This document shows positions 12,101-24,414 of a stretch of DNA of 64,000 nt, in pieces (the first letter of the stretch is position 1; each line of letters opens with the position of its first letter). The translations under genes and the position numbers were made by a program. The stretch spans positions 124,001 to 188,000 of the forward strand of contig JAQGDQ010000451.1 in assembly GCA_030141605.1 (NCBI GenBank). The letters are read 5' to 3'. Source of the DNA: Tubiluchus corallicola (taxonomy: Eukaryota > Animalia > Priapulida). Below the pieces are notes generated by a model. The model made no database searches and was not told where the DNA came from. It saw only the letters and a list, made by a program, of their open reading frames with translations.

Positions 12101-13869
12101 GAAACGTTTTAGCCATTTCCCACTATCCAGAGCGAGTAGCCCGACAATCGTCCTCCGTTCACAGCCTAATAGTAACAGATACTGTTCACATGTTAGGACT
12201 AATGCTGTACCTTGCTATATCTGCTCGGAGGTATTGAGTTCGAGTCTTAGCGGAGTAAACAAAATTCGGACTCCATTTCATTACGGCTTTTATGGGATTG
12301 ATACAATGCGGATTGTATATGGCCACTGTCCCCAGGTGTATCTAGTACACAGCGTAAATGTGTGTCAACATATTTTCGATTGTTTATACATTTATTGTCC
12401 TAAATGTGTTCTTGTAATGACTTGTGCTTTCAGCAATTTCGGTAAAAAATAACACAAAAAGCATTTCAAGTACCGCCACCTGGCGTTAGACATCCTAAAC
12501 ACATCAATGTTTCATAATGCATTCACTTTAAACTAATATGCGACATCTAATTCACCTTATTTCCGTTTCGTTCGATATTCGTGAATCTATTTTGGAAAAA
12601 TTTCTAATTTTCTCCTTGAAAGAGTTTCGCTTAGCGTATTCTGATATAAATAATCATTTATGTAACGTTCTCAGTAATGGGAGCCTTAATTAAGTTAGCG
12701 CCATAAATTCTCCTGCCGTCTTTGGTTTTGAAAAATATTCCTTGTTGGTTTTGAGTAATGTGTTCAGCGCAAAGATAATCTGCTTCAAGTCTAGTGTGAT
12801 CATTCAAAGGAAAGGGTGTAAAAGTAAGATTTATATCAAGGACTGTGACGCATGCGTAGGAAGTAGTTAAAAATGGAAAAAACGTTGCCTTCGAATTGGA
12901 GACATGTGAATAGCCAAGTGATTACGGGCTTGGCGACCACTGTCGATACAGAATCCTTGATATTTACACTATGTTCCGGCCCTGCCACACCTTAAAAAGG
13001 CCCAGCCATTGAGTGTTATTTGTCCACTCTCAGTGAAGAAATACCCGGAGAACAGTATACCGCAAAATAAACGTCAAGAATAATTATTGAACAGGCGGTC
13101 ATCAATCCGTTTACTGGCCATGTTCAGAATTGCTTAATTTCAGTTGCTAAGCACACAGAGTAACAATTAACTAATCACCCCGCCCACCTTAATGATCCAT
13201 GGACATCTTCCCTGAAAGAGGCAAACAGCTAAGAACAGAACGACCAATGATACCAGCCAGAACCAGTTTTCCTTTGTAATTAGGGTCGCCAATCCATTTT
13301 CTAGCCAAACACAGCGTACTCAATTTCGCAGTCGAATGAAACACTGTAACCAGTCTATTTTTCACCGTTATCATCATCAGTACCACCACCACCATCATTA
13401 TCATCACCATCATCGTCATCACCATCAAACAGTAGCGTCAACAGCAACTAAAGGCAAAGTAAGCATGTGTGAAAAGTGACAATATTAGTTTAACGTGTCA
13501 AGATGTAGACTTTTGCTTTCATTACAATGGCATTCAATTACAAAGTTGATATCTGCAACATTAATAGTTAACGTAATTATTAAAGGAAAAAGCAACAGAT
13601 GAACAACGTTCGTTGTATTTTAATGTAGGCTTAGAAATAGTGAAATTATCCAGTAAAATGCGAACATGAAATCTCTTGGTTAAAAGTGCAAAAGAAATTT
13701 AATTCATTGTCAACTTCCGTCAAACCAACCTTGCTGCACATATTTGAAAAAAACATGAAAAGCTTTTGGACAGCACGAAGGCACGCCACAATGACTACGC
13801 GTAAAAAAATTTCTGCAGTTCACTCAGAAAATCTGCTGTTCCAAGTGTTTGTTATAACTGTGTTTTTGC
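9154..13869. repeat. Near-identical tandem duplication, units 9154-11508 and 11504-13869
   Basis: Identical ORFs offset by 2350 and 2361 bp; a few substitutions, a 1-bp indel and a 12-bp indel (near 12905); TTTGC microhomology at the junctions. Confidence 0.97.
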
Positions 13870-14869
13870 TGACTTAGCTTTAATCTACAGAATTATACCT
13901 CGAAAATCAAAATACGTAACCATACATGATGTGATTGCAGGTAAGTATGAAATACAACGAGCATACAGTACGTGCCGGGTGGGTTACTTAGGTTATAGAC
14001 TTATTAGCTTGTTAAACTAATTAATCTGTAACACTGTTACACTGTTAACCAAATGAGTTGGATGTTACATTGTCGTCGGTAACTGGTTTTCTTTGCATAG
14101 TGAGCAACGGGATTCTTCAAAAAACTGTAAAAAAATACCATTAGTAGTCAGTTGTTTATCGTTTTGGATTGTCTACAATTCAAAATAGTTGTAAAAAAGT
14201 TTGCTCAAGCACCTGGGTAATTGTTTGTATTGCACGATAACCCTATGACGTCATTTTTGTTCAAAATGAGCGCGCCCAAACGTGGATCGCGGCTTTAAAT
14301 GGGGGTTTAGCTAATTACACGAGGCGCCTTTTGATTTAAATTAAAAATATTGCATTTCTGTAAAGCAAATTTCTAAACATGTGTAAATTGACAGAGATGG
14401 TAAAATACATTGGAAACGTGTACCATGCTAATACGTTATATTCTATGAAGAGTATTACTCTCTATACGCTTAATAGACAATATGCAGTATGAGAGCTTAC
14501 AATGATGTAACAATACAACAAACAAACAAACAAGACGCCATTGTTTACCACAATGTATGTAGTTTATTGACTAAAACAAGTTACATGTATACACGAGGAA
14601 CGAGGTAAATGCCACAATCGATACATCAGTGATTTTAGTCCCAATGTCACTGTACGTACATTTCCTACTCAAGGTTATAGCATTAAAAACAGTGTTATGA
14701 ATACAAGGTAAATACTTTACAACAACAGTTTACTCGAATTGAAAAAGGAATATCGTGTTTCGAACTCTATTCATGTCCTGCTAACATTCAAGAAATGAAA
14801 AACACAGAGTAAGATGCACAAACGTTCACGAAGTATTACATACTTTTTCAAGGAAGCTTTGTATTTGGC

Positions 14870-15950
14870 ATGCAGACCACAATTGGTAAACAAAAATTAA
14901 TGCGAATCTTATCCTAAATGGTATTTTTTAAGATTGTAAGAAAGTTTTTACTGTAACAAACGGTGTTAGACAGGGTAGCGTTTTGTCTCTCTACCTATTT
15001 AGTCTCTCTGTGTGTAGACGACTTCAGTTCTAAGCTGACACATTTGGATTTTGGCTGTGAGATTGGTAATCTCAGTACAAATCATTTATTTTATGCCGAT
15101 GACATGGTACTCCTTGTACCTTGTGGTACTGCCCTGCAATTACTAATCGACTGTTGTGTGAAGTGTGCTAATTCTCATAAAAATCATATTCAGCACAACC
15201 AAGACAAAATGCATGCTTATAAATGGTAAACCCTGGATTTGGCCCATATTTTGGTTTAATGGCTCTCGTAATTCTTATGATTATTTAGATTATGTATTCA
15301 CTAGTGATTTACCTGCCAATGAGGCTATGAAAGCGCAGTTAAAAGGTCTTTATGTAAGGGCAAATACTGTATTGGTTAAGTTGTCTAAATGTTGTGTAAA
15401 TACGAAAATACTGGAGTTCAAGTCGTATGTGTGTCAATTTCACATATACACCCTACGGTGCGACCTTTTTCTAATACAACTACACCTTTTTAAAGGTGGC
15501 TCACAATAACGCATTTCGTAGGCTCTTCAACATTTTGGGAAAATGGAAGCGTAAGTGAAAAATTTGTAAATTTTAATATTCTTAACTATGATGTTATTAC
15601 ACGAAATATAACAGGATCCTTTACATATGGGCTGAACAGAACTACCTAATGATATAATTGATAAATTGTATGTTTACTCTACATATCACAATACAGTTAT
15701 ATGAACGAATTGGTACAAACTTTGTTTTGCACTATGAAATCAACATCTTTTACCATTACAAAGGTGATTTTTATTGGATTTTATGCCTCTGTATGTTGTA
15801 TTTTTAGTGATTTGACTTGTGTTTTTATGCTTTATGTTTGGGTTGCGTGTGTATGTATGTAAGCAAATATTTTAGTAGTGTCTATCGCAATTTTATAGTA
15901 TAGCCGAGTGTTTTTTATTTTTTTATACGAAATGTACGAAATAAATTGAA
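14870..15950 (+). mobile_element. Decayed, 5'-truncated non-LTR retrotransposon (RT C-terminal half; RTE-X-like)
   Basis: Frameshifted motifs in order: VTNGVRQGSVLS, GCEIGNLSTNHLFYADDMVLL..LQ.LID.C, IIFSTTKTKCM, LYVRANTVL..LSKC....K...FKSY, VAHNNAFRRLF; AATAAA near 15940. Clade call is tentative. Confidence 0.85.
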
Positions 15951-17045
15951 ATGTTTCCTATTTAAATTGTCTTTAATTGAGATTATGTATTGTCTCCCAT
16001 TTCTTGCTGATCTAGTGCAAAACTTGTAATATTCCCCCCGTATTTCTTGCTGATATTACAAAAGTTGTATAATAAAAGCAATCCTTCCAATAGATGTTAT
16101 TTTAGGTAAATCGGGGAATATCTATTTTGCCGTATTTTCTAAAAGCACTTGCTTGTCGACCAGCCCAGCTGCACGTCAGACTTAACTGCCTCTATAAAAC
16201 CAAAAAAATTCAGTCAGAAATTAAAGTTAACAACCGCCGCAAAAGAAGGCTCTTAATTAGGGCAGTGAAGAGAGAAGTACTTCAGAATGAATACTCCAAG
16301 CGAGCGACCGTCTCTAATGCAACCAACTAAAACGTTAAAATCAAAGAGGCGCGGCGATTCAAGAATCAATTTAACGTCCTCCTCTTACGTCAGCGATAAT
16401 TGGAAAGTTTGGCAGTTTTAGCTTTCCATAGCTTCGCACGTCAGCATTGTCAAACTGGCGCGTAAAATGAAAATTTACTGCCTATAATTTTACAAGGTAA
16501 AGTCGGCTGAGCTTACGTTTGACACGTTAATAACCTGCCTTGCACGTATTTTACCTATAACCACATTGATTTTCTGCCTGCTGCAGTCAGGCAGTCATTC
16601 AAACAGGTTTGCTGTGCACATGCGCAGTCAACCTAACAGGTTTGTGCAGGAGAAGCCACGCTATAACTCGAGCAACTAGAGAAGTTGTCGCGTAGCGTGA
16701 AGCCTTCAGTTTTGTAAGAAGCCAAACTTCAAGAATGTTTAACGAGGACTAATATTTAACGGGTGATGATGAGTGAGTGGTGTAAAGTTCACTTTGTGTT
16801 GCCAGAAATACTTGGATGAGGATAATTTCGCATCTAGCGAGAAGCTGCTAACACGGTGCGTTTATAAATAAGCTTCACTATTGGCCACTTATGAGGGCTT
16901 CTACACGTGTTTGTTTTGCTCAATTATAATATGTTTATTCACCTGGGTTCAATAGGGTGAAATGTATGTTATGCAAAAACATTTTTAAAAGTGTTTGTAG
17001 TGGGTTACGTTGTTTTTACTTTGCAAAAACATTTCGTTTAAATGC

Positions 17046-17655
17046 TTAAAGGAAGACAGTATGATATTTCATATACTAACCCACTTTCAAGTACGGTAAA
17101 AAGTATATATTTTAACACCAATAATGCAACAAAACCGTATCTGATAATTAAAGAGTAGATTAAAATCTTAATTAACGGCGGGCGAGCCAACTGTTGATGA
17201 CATCACAAACTAACATAATTTTCAACACCAAAAACATTTCATGAACGTGTTGCGCGTGTTTGTACAAAAATTGAAGTACAGTGCTACTGTAAGATATTCA
17301 GTGTGTTGTACCAAAACTCGGCAAGTTTAAGATAAAAACTCAAATTTCAAATTTAGCGCTGTACTCATGCATGAGCTGTCGATCGTGCACAACTAATACA
17401 TCTGAACTGTGAGGTACCACACCTGTTTTTTGTGCAACACTTTCCGAAATCCAGGCGTTAGTGCCCGTCTAACTAAATGAATGGCAAAATGCATGTAACA
17501 GGGAAAAACTAGTGGCGCAAACGTGAAATTGTGTTTGTGTGGTAATAAATCTTCCACGTAAGTCGTTCTTTAAAAAACAGTATGTTTCCATTTAATATTT
17601 TAAAGAGTAGGTTGTTTTGACCCACAGTTTAAGATTGGCTCCAGTTTTGCTTTAA
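17046..17655 (+). mobile_element. Kolobok-like non-autonomous element, family B copy 1
   Basis: TTAA|AGGAAGACAG ... CCAGTTTTGCT|TTAA; homologous to 46062-46680 and to the reverse complement of 18858-19481. Confidence 0.8.
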
Positions 17656-18857
17656 CGTGTTTGTTGGCTATGTAAACGCTTGTTTTAGGTGTAAGTCATA
17701 AACTTTCTTTCGGAATCCAATAAGTATCAGTAAAACAACTAACACAAATTGTAAAACAACGTTTCGCTTGACCAGATAAAGAAAATTAAGAAAGTAAAAA
17801 GACTCCGATCTGTGACAAAATTTACAAAACTTTTGCTCGATATCTACCACGAAATTATTATTGTGTTTGGCTACAGAATACAATAGTAACAGACATTTTT
17901 AGCTGTTTCATCATAATAGGGATATATAATTATGGTATATAGCTTTAGAATATATAAAAGACAGCGGTCTAATCCTCATCTCATGTCACATTCTTGGGTA
18001 TTTCTTGTTATCATGTACAACTGATTGCTCTTATTGCAGAAACGAACCGTTTCTTATTTCATTATAACTGCGTATTATTTGATACCGAAATGTCAACATT
18101 TTATCACTTAAACGAAAACAAAACGTTTAAGCCTCTATTGTTACAGACAAGCTTATTCTGTATATAATAAAGTAGCTTAGACCAGTATCGAAAGAAATAG
18201 TTACGAACATTTAATTGCTTGCAATTTTGAGCAGATGCGTTCAGTCAGCTTTCCTCTAAAGCAGATAAGCAGGGATACCATATCTGGGATCGGCAGTTAA
18301 CCTGTACAGTGCCTGGTAAACTTCAAACTTCAACATCAACATTTTTGTGTTTTTAAATACCAATTTAGATGTGAAATAGTCTTCGTTTTAATTCACATAT
18401 TCACATTGCGCAATTAAGCCTTCACTTCTCTTCATTCGAAAAACACGGTAAATTCTTAGTGGTACTTATTTCATGAAGTGGCATCATACACAACTTTAGT
18501 ACTGGGTTATTTTTGGCTTAATTTTATTAGCCCCGTACTATAAATTTAATTTTAAAATGTTCTAATATGTAACGAAAATCTTGCCAACAACTGGTACATT
18601 CCTGGCCTATTTACCAGACTTCCTGATGACCTATACAGGAACTATGATTGCACGGTCTAATTAATATTGCAACAGCTCTAGTGAAAGCAATGAATATATT
18701 AATTATACCAAATTGCTTATAGTAAACACCGTGAATTGATACCAGGCGAAACGTTGTTTTACAATTTGTGTTAGTTGATTTACTGATATTTATTGCATTC
18801 CGAAAGAAAGTTAGTGATTTACACCTAAAACAAGCGTTTACATAGCCAACAAACACT

Positions 18858-19481
18858 TTAAAGCAAAACCGGACCCAATCTTAGACTGTAGTCAAAACAA
18901 TCTACTCTTTAAAATATTGAAAGGAGACACACTGTTTTTTCAAAAATGGCTTACATGAAAGAATTATTACCACACAAACACAGTTTCGCGTTCAAGTCAC
19001 TAGTTCTTCGCTGTTACATGCATTCCGCCATTCGTTAGTTAGACGGACACTAGCGCCTGCATTTCGGAAACGCATTGCATAAAAAACAGGTACTGTACTT
19101 CTCAGTTCAGATGTGTTTGTTTCTGACGAACTGCACACGTTCGATAGCTCAATTTCTATCTTAAAACTTCCCTAGTTTTACAATAACACTAATATATTGA
19201 TTTACGATATTTATTTATTAGTGTAATATAAATATCTTACAGTAGCACTGTACTTCAATTTTCACTTTCGCAAACACGTGCAACACGCTCCTGGAACATT
19301 TGTGCTAATGAAAATTATGTTAGTTTGTGATGTCATTAATGGTTGGCCACGCCCGCTGTGTTTTTAATCTATTATTTAATTATCAGAAACGCTTTTGCAG
19401 TATTAATTGTGCTAAAATGTATACTTTTTATCGGACTTGAAAATGGGGTAGTATATGAAAAATCATCCTGTCTTCCTCTAA
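18858..19481 (-). mobile_element. Kolobok-like family B copy 2 (inverted)
   Basis: TTAA|AGCAAAACCGG ... CTGTCTTCCT|CTAA; ORF 19343-19630 shares text with ORF 46045-46365 for this reason. Confidence 0.8.
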
Positions 19482-20550
19482 GTACAGACTGTTTGTTGAA
19501 CAATTACTTCGACATCGTTACCATCATCATCGTCGTCGTCGTCGTCAGCATCATCATCATCGTCGTCGTCGTCGTCGTCACTCATTCATTCATTCATTCG
19601 TTCACTCATTTCAGTTTTAATTATTTGTAGCTAGTTGCTAATGTTTGAATCGCTTATTTAGTGAAATAGCAAATCATCTAAGAACTGAATTGATAAAGAA
19701 AACGAGACTTTGTTCTGAAGACTGAAAATTAAATTTTTAAGGTTTTTTAGGGGATGGTTGTGCCAAAAACGTTTTGTAGAGTTGCCGAGTTGATGAATGA
19801 TTTAATTGTACTCTTGTAAAACCCTGGTCCATAGTTATCTAGAAACAATTTACTGCAACCTGGAGAAGTTTTAGATCTGTATCTTACACAATCCTAATTA
19901 TTCCCGTTATTAACCATGTATAAACTAACAAAACAAGCTAGTTTTATGTGAACTTAAAAAGCGAAACGTGCTTCCGGGGGCTTGAGTCGACAGTATCTAA
20001 GTTCCAAAGGTGAGGGAAGGTCTTGAGGATGTTAAAATTTTATCAGCAAATGGAAAGTCCCTACTGACGAGCGTCGAAATGACAGCGGAGCGCACCCCTG
20101 TATGATCAAATAGAATTATTTATAGTGTCACTAGGATTAAATTGTGTCCCCATAATGTATATATATATATATATATCTAGTATCTTTTGTTAAATGAGGA
20201 AATCTACCTGTGTTGTACCCTGGTTGTCGGATAATGGTGAGAATTGGCTGAAATTGCCAATCATTACCGTTTGGCTGTTGTTCACGACATTGTCTATCGT
20301 ATTTCAAGTCGTCCTACCCACCCACAACAGCAACATTAACAGCAGCCACTGCCACAGTCGTAGCCACAACCGCAGCAGCAACAAGTTAGCAACAACTTCC
20401 ATGGCGACGGTTATAAAAATAGAATAATTCTAATTCCAATCAAAAAGTTTCACTCCAACTAATATGCAGAGTTTTTACTTTGTCAGTATTTCTGAACATG
20501 AGCTACACACATAGGCTTTAGGCGCATTAATTTTTGTTGTTTACAAAACT

Positions 20551-21511
20551 ATAATCCATATCCCAGGATCCCACGCTGTATCATAATCCATATCCCAGGA
20601 TCCCACGCAGTATCATAATCCATATCCCAGGATCCCACGCAGTATCATAATCCATATCCCAGGATCCCACGTAGTATCATAATCCATATCCCAGGATCCC
20701 ACACAGTATCATAATCCATATCCCAGGATCCCACGCAGTATCATAATCCATATCCCAGGATCCCACGCAGTATCATAATCCATATCCCAGGATCCCACGT
20801 AGTATCATAATCCATATCCCAGGATCCCACACAGTATCATAATCCATATCCCAGGATCCCACGCAGTATCATAATCCGTATCCCAGGATCCCACGCAGTA
20901 TCATAATCCATATCCCAGGATCCCACGCAGTATCATAATCCATATCCCAGGATCCCACGCAGTATCATAATCCATATCCCAGGATCCCTCGTAGTATCAT
21001 AATCCATATCCCAGGATCCCACGCAGTATCATAATCCATATCCCAGGATCCCACGCAGTATCATAATCCATATCCCAGGATCCCACGCAGTATCATAATC
21101 CATATCCCAGGATCCCACGCAGTATCATAATCCATATCCCATAATCCCACGTAGTATCATAATCCATATCCCAGGATCCCACGCAGTATCATAATCCATA
21201 TCCCAGGATCCCACGCAGTATCATAATCCATATCCCAGGATCCCACGCAGTATCATAATCCATATCCCAGGATCCCACGTAGTATCATAATCCATATCCC
21301 AGGATCCCACGTAGTATCATAATCCATATCCCAGGATCCCACGCAGTATCATAATCCATATCCCATAATCCCACGTAGTATCATAATCCATATCCCATAA
21401 TCCCACGTTGTATCATAATCCATATCCCATAATCCCACGCAGTATCATAATCCATATCCCATAATCCCACGCAGTATCATAATCCATATCCCATAATCCC
21501 ACGCAATATCA
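20551..21511. repeat. 32-bp minisatellite, ~30 copies
   Basis: Unit ATCATAATCCATATCCCAGGATCCCACGCAGT. Confidence 0.97.
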
Positions 21512-22385
21512 GTTCACTAATGAAGCCGGTCAAACGTTGTTGACAATAATTACTACACGTCATTTACTCTCGCTCGTGTGCACGTGAAAGAAAACAAATT
21601 TATTGAATTTACGGCTTCCCTCGGGGGGAGAGAGAGCGGTCTCATTTGCCTCCCCAACCTGATCGTGCCTTCCGCCGCCTCACTCCGAGAAGATAGAGAG
21701 TCAGAGTTGACGGAAGAAAGTGCAATTAATGAGGGGAACTTAAATCAACATGGCTGATTACAGGAAGAATCTTCTAACATCAAACTTCTTGTATAAACGT
21801 TAGAAACTCTCTGCGCTGGTTTTTGTTTGTAAAAGGCGAACGTCGTAAAGTGCAATTAGATTTCCAGCGTCGATACAAAGTGAAGATAAATTTTGTTTGA
21901 ACTTTACCTTTTACTGCAGCAAAGTACAGCAGTCTAGGGGATTTTAAAATCTCTCTGGTTTTGTGCGCATCTGGCAAGACAGAACTTTACAATAACATAA
22001 CTTTTATTTTTTACTTTTATTTAAAATATATTTCAGTACAAATTGTACTGAGTCCAATTAGGTAGGCAGTGGTGGCGGCGGCGGCAGTGGCAGTGGTGAT
22101 GGTGTTGGTGGTGTTGGTGGTGGTGGTGATGGTGGTGGTGTTGGTGGCGATGACAGTGGTGGCAGCAGTGGCAACGGAGTTGATGGTGATAGTTCATGGC
22201 AGTGACTACTGAGACAGCAGTGGGACAACGATTGTTGCTTGTGCAGTACTGAATGTTTTCATTGTCGCCACGGTCTTTGGCTTTTCTCAAGTTTGTCGTT
22301 GTCCTTGTTGTGGCTGCATCTGTCACTCTTTTTATTATTACTTTTATCCTCGTCTCACTCTCCGAGGAGGCAAATAGCTGACTGC

Positions 22386-22635
22386 ACGACCGAGGTTGAG
22401 CAACACTGGGCTTAATCAGTAAATGGATGGGTGACCGCCTGGGTTCTATACTTGTTCTGTGTGATGGGCGGTTTCATTCTGTCGTGCTGCCCGTGGGTGT
22501 TTACCTTGCTGAGGGACGATGTGGGTGAGCACAGGTCTTATTTTACTTGGCAATGAAATAGATTCCGGTCCTGACATAACTACCTGTATTGAGTAAACCT
22601 TACTGTACCCAGCTTACTGAGAATAAAATAAATTA
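22386..22635 (+). mobile_element. 5S rRNA-related SINE-like fragment
   Basis: ACCGAGGTTGAGCAACACTGGGCTTAATCAGTAAATGGATGGGTGACCGCCTGGG resembles the invertebrate 5S internal control region (CCGAAGTTAAGCAAC...GTTAGTACTTGGATGGGTGACCGCCTGGG). The 5S 5' end is absent and an A-rich stretch lies near 22622. Related pieces at ~46861-46915, ~49570-49655 and ~60905-60935. Confidence 0.6.
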
Positions 22636-23032
22636 AATCAGTAAACTGGACAATAACGATTAAATACGCTGTGTTAAAATAATTGTGTTTGCAATGAATC
22701 TATAAATGCTTAATCGAATCGATCGACGCGTTATTGAATTTGCAAATTCAGTAACAAAATGCATTTCCGATAATCCAGTAATATTTTACGCTGAGAGCAC
22801 TAAAAGCTTGTTTTCTTACAGTAGACCAGTCAAGAACTCGAGATGTATGGCTATTGTCATGAAAATCAATGATAGCATTGAGATTACGCATAATAAAGAT
22901 GAATGCGAAGACAGACATCATCAGTGATACCCAGCGTAACTGAAACCTACTTCCTAATGAAGCCATGTGACCTTGGCAGCAGTTTGTCAGCAATCTGTGG
23001 TAAAGTGGTGTAGAAGCATTGATAAATGAACT

Positions 23033-23297
23033 ATGACGTCAGGAAATTGTGACTATTGGACAGGTTTTAGTGACAACATTAACAGACGGTTTCTGATTGG
23101 ACTCCTTTGTTTGACCAGTGTGGTCAATTGTGTGTCTCCGCGTGCTGCGTCCAGTGACCACATGAAGGAGAGTCTTATGCCCAAATCTTGGCGACGAGAT
23201 GAGTTTCCTAACCCCCAGGAGAACTTGTACGAGTGTGGGCGGAGGGGAAGAATTTCGTGGGTTTGCGATCCTAACAACATCACCAAATATACAGAAG
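23033..23297 (+). CDS. First coding exon of a secreted/membrane MOLO-1/TPM-domain-like protein
   Basis: ATG, signal-peptide-like RRFLIGLLCLTSVVNC, then W...EFPNPQ.....CGR....SWVCDPNNI, matching the W...YPNP....C......CDPD.IL N-terminal motif of nematode MOLO-1-type proteins. Ends at a strong donor AAG|GTAAGT (phase 1). Confidence 0.78.
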
Positions 23298-23387
23298 GTA
23301 AGTGAGTTTATGTGATCATTAGACCATTTTGTCACAGAAATTAGCCTAATCATAATAGCATGAATAATTGCACAGTTCCTCTCCAAG

Positions 23388-24059
23388 TTAAATCACAAGA
23401 AAACCATTCATAAACATAAAGCTTGAAAAATTCGCCTTGAAATTTTATATTACTTACATACTGGCTTTTTGCATATAGGGCTTGCGCCATCAGTCACGCT
23501 GTATAAAACATGTAAATTTAAACTCCCGCGATGACCGTTAGACGCAGCCATTTTGACGATAAGTCATTTGAAACAAGTTTAGATAACATTGAGTAAAGTT
23601 TGAAAAAATAATCAGAGCATTCGTAGCGTGACTAACTAAATAAAATTTTAGATTACAGTATCTTGTCAATAAGTTTAAAAATACGTTTTTTGGTTAGTGA
23701 GTGGTGCCTGGAAGGTGAGTCAGCGACATTTTACCAATTGGCACCAACATTTTAAATTATTATTTCTAGTTACATAAGTCCTTCAAGCAGGTAAGCGAAA
23801 TGCTAAGTAATATAGATTAGCATGGAAAACTGTTTGGGACATAATATAACATTTCCTTTCCGTCCCCTGATTTACGTTAGCGTAATGACGTCATGTAATG
23901 GCGCCGTCGGAACAGTATTGCGGGAGATTTAAAATGAAAACAAACAAAAATTCCTTTCAGTGCGAGTACGATATGTGCATAAAATTGCTATACAGTAATA
24001 TAATTTTTAAGGCAATTTTTCTGAAAACTACTTCAGGTACCCATTTTCTTGTCCTTTAA
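23388..24059 (-). mobile_element. Kolobok-like family A copy 2 (inverted), 90 bp into the MOLO-1-like intron
   Basis: TTAA|ATCACAAGAAAA ... TTTTCTTGTCCT|TTAA; TTAA on both sides. Confidence 0.82.
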
Positions 24060-24414
24060 ACATTTTTCACATTATAAATAATACGAAAATTTCAACAATT
24101 TGTATAAAAGGACTGGAACTGTTTCTACAAGTTATGAAATCTCTAGTTAGAGCTAATACTTGCTCTGCAGGGTTGACTTTTTTACGGAAAAACGCACTAT
24201 GCTAAAACAGACCATCAAACGGTTTTCATAAAGAATCTACCAGAACCATTAGTTTCTGATGATGTTCCACTCTGTGCTGTGATTGTGGCTAGTGAGTTTA
24301 TACTTCTGTGTTTCTTCCTTGCGTTTTTACTTGCTATAGTTAGTGTTAGTGTTCAGTGTTAATAATATAAATAAAAAGCCTCAAAGTATCAGTAAGTCCG
24401 TGTGACCTATTTGC

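Noticed and set aside
13891-13946. Possible non-coding 5' exon (CAG|GTAAGT at 13941)
   Set aside because: A splice-like motif alone is insufficient without transcript evidence.
22386-22462. Functional 5S rRNA gene
   Set aside because: Only the 3' part resembles 5S, with many mismatches and no tandem array.
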